The notes under the pieces: model-generated
What the model saw: only the letters and a program-made list of their open reading frames with translations
Databases searched by the model: none
Told to the model about the DNA's origin: nothing
Assembly (NCBI GenBank): GCA_035550535.1
Contig: DASZOX010000015.1
Coordinates: 1 to 47,459 of the forward strand
Reading direction: 5' to 3'
DNA length: 47,459 bases
DNA from: Minisyncoccota bacterium
Lineage (GTDB): Bacteria; Patescibacteriota; Minisyncoccia; Phycocordibacterales; UBA9973
Shown here: positions 42,290 to 47,459 of the stretch, piece by piece
Numbering within the stretch: the stretch's first letter is position 1
How the letters are laid out: every line of letters starts with the position of its first letter
Made by a program: the position numbers and the translations under genes

Positions 42290-42613
42290 ATGAATTTCGA
42301 ACAAGATCCATTTGGAGATAACGATCGCGCTAAAGAGCAGGACAAAGACCGAGAAAACGGCGGTTACGGTGGTGACTATTATGATGAAAACGAGCATCGT
42401 GCAGGACAAGAAAAATATGATCTAGCAACAGGAGAGGCATTTAGAAATGATGCAGATATTGAAGCACCAGAAGCAAATATTGTTGCACTGCATGAACATA
42501 CACAAGATCCGTTGACTGATCTAGAGACTGATCCAGCTGAAAAATGGCTTTTAGAAAATGATCCTGAGTATCTCGGAAAAGGCAAATGGAAAGAAAAGAA
42601 GCCAGCTGCATAA
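42290..42613 (+). CDS. Hypothetical acidic protein (107 aa)
   Basis: Asp/Glu-rich ORF. Its stop overlaps the start of the next gene (TAATG). Confidence 0.5.
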   Translation: MNFEQDPFGDNDRAKEQDKDRENGGYGGDYYDENEHRAGQEKYDLATGEAFRNDADIEAPEANIVALHEHTQDPLTDLETDPAEKWLLENDPEYLGKGKWKEKKPAA

Positions 42614-43341
42614 TGAATCCCGAAATCCTTTTCGAAGATAACGATCTACTTGCGCTCAACAAACCCGCGGGGCTTATGGTGCATGCTGATGGAAGGCAGC
42701 AGAAAGAAACCTTGGCTGATTGGATCATTCGAGAGCGACCAGAGATTGTGGGAATAGGAGAGCCGATGACGATTGATGGCAATGTCATCGATCGACCCGG
42801 CATCGTGCACCGCCTCGACGAAGCAACGTCGGGCGTGCTCCTCATTGCAAAGACCCAAGAAGCATTTTTGTTTCTCAAAAAACAATTTCAGGAACATAAA
42901 ATCCAAAAAGAATATCACGCATTTGTATGGGGTGTCTTCAAAGAAAGGGAAGGAGTGGTGCATGTGCCGATCGGAAGAAGCCCCAACGATTTTCGCCGTC
43001 GCCTTGCGGGACGCGGCGCCCGCGGGACGCTTCGCGAAGCGCTGACCGTATGGCAGGTCGCTGGTACTCTCGAAGAAAAGGGTAATCATTTTTCATTCAT
43101 GCACCTCTTCCCAAAAACTGGGCGGACCCATCAGCTGCGCGTGCACCTGCACTACCTCCAGCACCCGATTGTCTCCGACGAGCTCTATGCCCCTACCAAA
43201 CCGCACGCGCTCGGGTTTGACCGCCTCGCGCTCCATGCCCGAACGATTACTTTTTTGCTCCGGAGTGGTGAGGAGAAAACCCTTTCGGCACCGTATTCGA
43301 AAGATTTCGAAGCGGCTCTTGCTGGGGTCACCTTTTTGTGA
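42613..43341 (+). CDS. RluA-family pseudouridine synthase
   Basis: LALNKPAGLMVH, catalytic HRLDEATSGVLLIAK and KTGRTHQLRVH. The start is placed at ATG 42613 (MNPEILFED), in frame with the track start at 42586. Confidence 0.88.
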   Translation: MNPEILFEDNDLLALNKPAGLMVHADGRQQKETLADWIIRERPEIVGIGEPMTIDGNVIDRPGIVHRLDEATSGVLLIAKTQEAFLFLKKQFQEHKIQKEYHAFVWGVFKEREGVVHVPIGRSPNDFRRRLAGRGARGTLREALTVWQVAGTLEEKGNHFSFMHLFPKTGRTHQLRVHLHYLQHPIVSDELYAPTKPHALGFDRLALHARTITFLLRSGEEKTLSAPYSKDFEAALAGVTFL

Positions 43342-43356
43342 TACAGTGTCGCTGTT

Positions 43357-43770
43357 ATGGCAACCTATCTTACGCCTGTAAATATCGATGAGCGCAAAGC
43401 GCTTCAGTTTTCTGCCGGAGACACCATACGCGTGTGGTCAAAGATCGAAGACAAGGGTAAATATCGTCTTCAAGCTTTTGAAGGGGTGGTGCTCGCACGC
43501 AAACACGGCGCGAGCCCCAGTGCAACATTTACGGTCCGCAAAGTGTCCAACAGTGTGGGGGTTGAGCGCATCTTCCCGCTCTACTCTCCAATGATCGATC
43601 GTATTGAAGTCACCAGACACACCAAAACGCGTCGCAGCAAGCTCTACTATATCCGTGACAAGGCGGCAAAAGAAATCCGCCACAAAATGAAGCAGGTCGC
43701 ACTTGCGGTCGGGGTCCCCGAAGAGGGCGAGAGCGCTTTTGCTTCAGAAGAAGGACAGGCTCAGGCCTAA
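43357..43770 (+). CDS. rplS: 50S ribosomal protein L19 with C-terminal extension
   Basis: [13 protein letters not shown].....[10 protein letters not shown]....G...TFTVRK....[15 protein letters not shown]...TK.RRSKLYY. Confidence 0.93.
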   Translation: MATYLTPVNIDERKALQFSAGDTIRVWSKIEDKGKYRLQAFEGVVLARKHGASPSATFTVRKVSNSVGVERIFPLYSPMIDRIEVTRHTKTRRSKLYYIRDKAAKEIRHKMKQVALAVGVPEEGESAFASEEGQAQA

Positions 43771-43829
43771 CCTTTTGCGCTCCGCGTTCTTTTTGTTATA
43801 GTACGTGGGCGCGCTTTTTGTCATGCTAT

Positions 43830-43911
43830 GCCCGAGTGGTGAAATTGGTATACACGCATCCTTGAGGTGGATGTGCCGCAAGGTGTGGAGGTTCAAGTCC
43901 TCTCTCGGGCA
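43830..43911 (+). tRNA. tRNA-Leu (anticodon GAG)
   Basis: Hand fold: acceptor GCCCGAG/CTCGGGC, anticodon arm CATCC-TTGAGGT-GGATG, long variable arm TGCCGCAAGGTGT, T-arm GGAGG-TTCAAGT-CCTCT, discriminator A. Confidence 0.93.
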
Positions 43912-44007
43912 CCGATTAAAGAACAGTGTTGTGTACTCGCACTAGAGTATGGAAAGAGGAGTTTGCAGAGGTAGTCAAAGAGTATCACTTGTTGCTACAC
44001 TTCTGAT

Positions 44008-45012
44008 ATGCACGAACAATCAACGAGGAAATATTTTTACCTAGGACTTTTTGTCGCCGGCGCTGTCCTCACCCTCCTTATCTTTTGGCCGTTTGTGCGT
44101 GTTATTGTGCTCAGTGTAGCACTTTCGGCGGTGTTTTCTCCGGTCTATCTTTTTTTGAAACGCCATCTCCACGTGCCGTGGGTCGCGGCGTTGCTGACGG
44201 TAGCGATCTTTGTGCTTGTACTGTGTGTGCCGCTCTTTGCCATAGGGACGATTGTCTTTAAGCAGTCGCAGAGCCTTTATGCGTGGGTCAATGCGCATGG
44301 AGGATTCGACAACATCACGACCCTCTTCAACCAGTCCATCAGCCGCCTCTTTCCTTCGGGGGCGATCAATCTCCAACAGAGCATCAGTGCACTCACCGAG
44401 AAATTCAGCATACATGTAGAAAGTGCTTTCACCGCGACCCTCTCGACACTCTTTTCATTCCTCCTTGTGGTCCTAAGCATGTTTTATTTCCTCAGAGATG
44501 GATTTGATTGGAAAGAAATGCTCATCAAATTCAGTCCACTCTCCGACGAAAGCGGAAGAAAGATAGTGGAGCGACTCTATACGGCAGTCAATGGCATTAT
44601 CAAAGGCTACCTTTTGATCGCGGTTATCCAAGGAGCGCTTCTTGGGTTTGGTTTGTATATTTTTGGCGTGCCGCGTGCCGCGCTGTGGGGAGTCGCTGCG
44701 GGAATTGCCTCTCTCATACCGACCTTTGGGACCGCATTTGTTTCGGTGCCGTCGGTACTTTTTCTTTTGATAACCGGCCATACCGGTGCTGCGATCGGGC
44801 TTGCACTCTGGGCGGCACTGTTGGTCGGAACGATCGACAACATGCTCAATCCCGTCTTTGTGGGGCGTAACATCGCCATCCACCCGCTTTTGGTGCTCTT
44901 TGCTGTCCTCGGAGGGGTAGCGATGATGGGGCCGATAGGGATACTCATTGGACCGCTCGTGGTGAGTTTCATGTATGCGCTTATCTCAGTCTATAAAAAG
45001 GAAACCGCGTGA
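44008..45012 (+). CDS. AI-2E family transporter (PerM/UPF0118)
   Basis: Eight or so TM spans, FYFLRDG, and a typical ...IP.FG.......P segment. Confidence 0.88.
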   Translation: MHEQSTRKYFYLGLFVAGAVLTLLIFWPFVRVIVLSVALSAVFSPVYLFLKRHLHVPWVAALLTVAIFVLVLCVPLFAIGTIVFKQSQSLYAWVNAHGGFDNITTLFNQSISRLFPSGAINLQQSISALTEKFSIHVESAFTATLSTLFSFLLVVLSMFYFLRDGFDWKEMLIKFSPLSDESGRKIVERLYTAVNGIIKGYLLIAVIQGALLGFGLYIFGVPRAALWGVAAGIASLIPTFGTAFVSVPSVLFLLITGHTGAAIGLALWAALLVGTIDNMLNPVFVGRNIAIHPLLVLFAVLGGVAMMGPIGILIGPLVVSFMYALISVYKKETA

Positions 45013-45052
45013 GCTTTTTGTGCACGTCAACTGGTGAAGTACAATAGAGGGT

Positions 45053-46201
45053 ATGGAACCGCTCGCGGCAAAAATTCGCCCCCGTACGCTCGATACGTTT
45101 GTTGGCCAGCTGCATCTTGTCGGCAAGGACGCGCCCTTGCGCGTGGCTATCGAAGAGCGGCACCTTTTTTCATTTATCTTGTGGGGGCCGCCGGGTGTCG
45201 GGAAGACCACGCTCGCACGCATCTATGCGAGTGCGCTCAATGCCGATTATCATGAGCTCTCTGCCGTATCCGCCGGCAAGGATGATATCCGTGAGATCAT
45301 CGAAAAGACTGGCACACTGCTCGGTCCGAAAATGCTCTTTCTCGATGAAATCCACCGTTTCAACAAAGCGCAGCAGGACTATCTGCTCCCGTTTGTTGAG
45401 ACGGGGCAACTGACACTCATCGGCGCGACGACCGAAAACCCCAGTTTCGAGGTGATCTCGCCGCTCTTGTCGCGCTCACGCGTGTTCACGCTCCACGAGC
45501 TCACGGCGGAAGAGATCACAAAGATCATCCGCACGGACATACCGATGGACAAAGACGCCAAAGCGTGGATCGCGCAGGTCGCCCACGGCGATGCGCGGCA
45601 AGCGCTCGCGCTCATTGAACATACTCAGAAGCTCTACGGCACGATCTCCATCGACACACTCACGAAATCGCTGCAAGATACCAAGCTCCGTTTCGACAAG
45701 GGCGGGGAAGAACACTACAACACCATCAGTGCCTTTATCAAAAGTATGCGCGCGTCACAACCGGATGCAGCGCTGTACTATCTCGCCCGCATGATTGAAG
45801 GGGGTGAGGATCCAAAATTTATTGCGCGGCGCATGGTCATATTTGCCTCTGAAGACATCGGTATGCGCGATGCGCAGGCACTCCTTGTCGCCGAGGTGGC
45901 ATTTCGTGCGGCAGAAACGGTCGGTTATCCAGAAGTCGGCATCATCCTCTCACATGCCACAATCTATCTGTCGCAGGCACCCAAGACCAAGGCAGTCTAT
46001 TACGCCTATCTCGCGGCGATGGAAGATGCCAAAAAACATGGGAACCTCCCGATTCCGCTCAAGATTCGTAACGCTGCGACAAAACTCATGAAAGACATCG
46101 GCTACGGCAAAGACTACAAAAAATACACCAAAGAAGATCTCCTTCCCGAAAAACTCAAAGGCACCGTCTATTGGCAGCCGTCGAAAAAAGAAAAAGAGTA
46201 A
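45053..46201 (+). CDS. rarA: Replication-associated recombination protein A (RarA/MgsA)
   Basis: LWGPPGVGKTTLA, FLDEIHRFNK, HYNTISAFIKSMRASQPDAALYYLARM and DPKFIARRM. Confidence 0.95.
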   Translation: MEPLAAKIRPRTLDTFVGQLHLVGKDAPLRVAIEERHLFSFILWGPPGVGKTTLARIYASALNADYHELSAVSAGKDDIREIIEKTGTLLGPKMLFLDEIHRFNKAQQDYLLPFVETGQLTLIGATTENPSFEVISPLLSRSRVFTLHELTAEEITKIIRTDIPMDKDAKAWIAQVAHGDARQALALIEHTQKLYGTISIDTLTKSLQDTKLRFDKGGEEHYNTISAFIKSMRASQPDAALYYLARMIEGGEDPKFIARRMVIFASEDIGMRDAQALLVAEVAFRAAETVGYPEVGIILSHATIYLSQAPKTKAVYYAYLAAMEDAKKHGNLPIPLKIRNAATKLMKDIGYGKDYKKYTKEDLLPEKLKGTVYWQPSKKEKE

Positions 46202-46219
46202 TTTGCTACACTGAGGGGT

Positions 46220-46639
46220 ATGCTCTCTATCACTCTCGGATTTGTTGTGGCGATCATCGGATTTTTTGTCGCGCGTTCTATTGCAAAGAGCGTCCGCACC
46301 AACACACCGCTCGTATGCCCGCGCCGTGCACCTTGTGAAGATGTCGTGATGAGTCCGTATGGAAAATTCTTGGGGATATCGAATGCACGCATAGGGCAGT
46401 GGTACTATGGGTGCACTGCGATCCTCTTTCTTTTCGTTATGGACGGCATCTCTTTTCCATTGCAGCTACCGTGCATGGTGCTGATAACGACCGGAGGAGT
46501 GCTCTTTTCACTCTACCTCGTCGGCGTACAAGCGTTTGCACTGCGCAAATGGTGCGTGTGGTGTCTCATCTCTACCGCATGTGCGCTTAGCATCTTTGTC
46601 TGCGTGATCATCTTTGTGCACCGCATATTTTTGCGCTAG
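46220..46639 (+). CDS. Vitamin K epoxide reductase (VKOR) family membrane protein
   Basis: Four TM spans. Loop Cys pair CPRRAPC followed by SPYGKFLGISNA (S.Y motif), and the active-site CVWC in the last TM span. Confidence 0.8.
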   Translation: MLSITLGFVVAIIGFFVARSIAKSVRTNTPLVCPRRAPCEDVVMSPYGKFLGISNARIGQWYYGCTAILFLFVMDGISFPLQLPCMVLITTGGVLFSLYLVGVQAFALRKWCVWCLISTACALSIFVCVIIFVHRIFLR

Positions 46640-46691
46640 ATTTTTGTAGTACTGGATGGTATAACAACAGGACGTTCGCGAAAAAATACAT

Positions 46692-46764
46692 GGGGCTTAT
46701 GGTGTAACGGTTAACACTGAGGTTTGTGGAACCTTCGATTCGGGTTCGATTCCCGATAAGCCCC
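46692..46764 (+). tRNA. tRNA-His (anticodon GTG) with encoded G-1
   Basis: Hand fold: G-1, acceptor GGGCTTA/TAAGCCC, D-arm GTGT-AACGGTTA-ACAC, anticodon arm GAGGT-TTGTGGA-ACCTT, T-arm TCGGG-TTCGATT-CCCGA, discriminator C pairing with G-1. Confidence 0.93.
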
Positions 46765-46957
46765 CAATAGAGTTCCCCTTGTTAGGAAGGGTATTGGGGG
46801 CAACAACAAATATGGTTTGTTGTTGGAATCGAACCGGGAAAGGATTGGAAAACGGGAGTTTTCCGTGGAGGAAGGCAGCCCGAGCTTGCCGAGGGCGTTG
46901 GAAAACCATGGGTTTCCAAAGAGTGAGATAGCGAAGCGTCCCGATAAGCCCCCAATA
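46751..46957 (+). repeat. tRNA-3'-end-bracketed conserved element, copy B (169-nt core between 19-nt direct repeats; homologous to 32958-33145)
   Basis: TCCCGATAAGCCCCCAATA occurs at 46751-46769 (inside and just after tRNA-His) and again at 46939-46957. The interior shares blocks and hairpins with copy A. Confidence 0.7.
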
Positions 46958-47046
46958 CAAAACTCCCTCTAAAAATTGACTTTTTTCCTCTTATAATGTA
47001 AAGTTTGCGGAAATTTAAACCGTTTTTTAACAAAAAATCAAATAAA

Positions 47047-47459
47047 ATGAAACTAAAAAATTTATTCGTATCGCTGTTCGCAACGACAGTTTCAGTTGCT
47101 ACCTTTGATCATGCGCATGCCACCAATCGAACATGGATTGGGGCAGGGGCTGGAGGTATCGGAACTAATCTTAACACCGCGGCTAATTGGAGACCTAATG
47201 GAACACCTACTGCTGCCGACAATTGCACTATGAATTTAAATTCAAGTGCAACACTTACCCAGACCGCGACGTCGACATTTGGTACGCTGACGGTCAATGT
47301 TACAACCACCTTTGGGACGACGGCAAATGTTGTGTTCTCTATAACAAATGGGCTTAATGCCACAACGTTTACAGTCTTACCCACCGCCGTTTTGCTTGGC
47401 ACGACTAATGTTACTTTTAATTTCACCACGGGAAATTTCTCTGCTACTACAGCAACGAT
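47047..47459 (+). CDS. Secreted repeat protein, N-terminal part (runs off the window end)
   Basis: Own translation from ATG 47047 gives MKLKNLFVSLFATTVSVATFDHAHATNRTWIGAGAGGIGTNLNTAANWRPNGTPTAADN... This is a signal peptide with an AHA cleavage site, then Thr/Asn-rich beta-type sequence. It is open to the window end. Track ORF 47109..47429 (minus) is its antisense shadow. Confidence 0.55.
   Translation, partial: MKLKNLFVSLFATTVSVATFDHAHATNRTWIGAGAGGIGTNLNTAANWRPNGTPTAADNCTMNLNSSATLTQTATSTFGTLTVNVTTTFGTTANVVFSITNGLNATTFTVLPTAVLLGTTNVTFNFTTGNFSATTAT

Noticed and set aside
46770-46938. Whether the tRNA-bracketed element is a tRNA intron, a tmRNA, a second tRNA on the opposite strand, or a hammerhead-type ribozyme
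   Set aside because: The upstream tRNA is complete and uninterrupted, so it is not an intron. At about 170 nt with no tag ORF or tmRNA ends, it is not a tmRNA. The opposite strand has acceptor-like ends and a GTTCGATTCC box but no pairable T-stem, D-arm or anticodon arm. I see no CUGAUGA/GAAA hammerhead core. None of these can be fully excluded without covariance-model searches.
1-47459. CRISPR arrays, rRNA genes, IS transposases/integrases, and alternative genetic code (UGA recoding)
   Set aside because: I found no regularly spaced direct repeats, no rRNA-like conserved stretches and no transposase or integrase motifs. Well-conserved genes (e.g. dnaA, pilM) terminate at TGA, so the standard code 11 fits.

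Overview
The window looks like the replication-origin neighbourhood of a small-genome bacterium. It opens with yidC-yidD-rnpA-rpmH on the minus strand, facing dnaA-dnaN-DUF721 on the plus strand. DnaA-box-like 9-mers flank dnaA on both sides. TGA is used as a stop codon, so the standard bacterial code applies. Compact overlapping genes, dispersed type IV pilus genes, many small membrane ORFs and reduced housekeeping proteins suggest Candidate Phyla Radiation / Patescibacteria; this placement is inference only.

Most of the window is housekeeping:
- Replication, repair and translation: class A PBP, TyrRS, ruvB-yebC-ruvC, ruvA, ruvX, polA, tsaE, rarA, rpsT, rplS and an RluA-type pseudouridine synthase.
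- Type IV pilus genes: pilB, and separately pilM/N/O.
- An envelope cluster: OmpR/HK two-component system, PAP2, DedA, GT2 and an EEP-family protein.
- A Fur-family regulator divergent from a ZIP zinc transporter, with a perfect 7-1-7 operator.
- Oxidative-folding genes (DsbB-type, VKOR, CPHC thioredoxins) and two large secreted or surface proteins.
- Seven tRNAs.

I saw no rRNA, CRISPR array, transposase or integrase.

The most interesting signal is a conserved element of about 160-170 nt present twice, immediately 3' of tRNA-Arg(GCG) and of tRNA-His(GTG). Each copy is bracketed by a direct duplication of its own host tRNA's T-loop-to-3'-end segment (16 and 19 nt). The copies share covarying hairpins, an inverted T-loop sequence, and an internal segment complementary to the distal junction.

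Other leads:
- A candidate structured ncRNA closed by a 20-bp helix (13085-13230).
- A strongly AT-rich four-gene island around tRNA-Arg(TCT)/tRNA-Val, with a possible Cys-His-Asp (transglutaminase-like) protein.
- A zinc-ribbon insertion in TyrRS, a bacterial SET-domain protein, and a domain-deleted YebC.

All coordinates, alignments and folds were done by hand.
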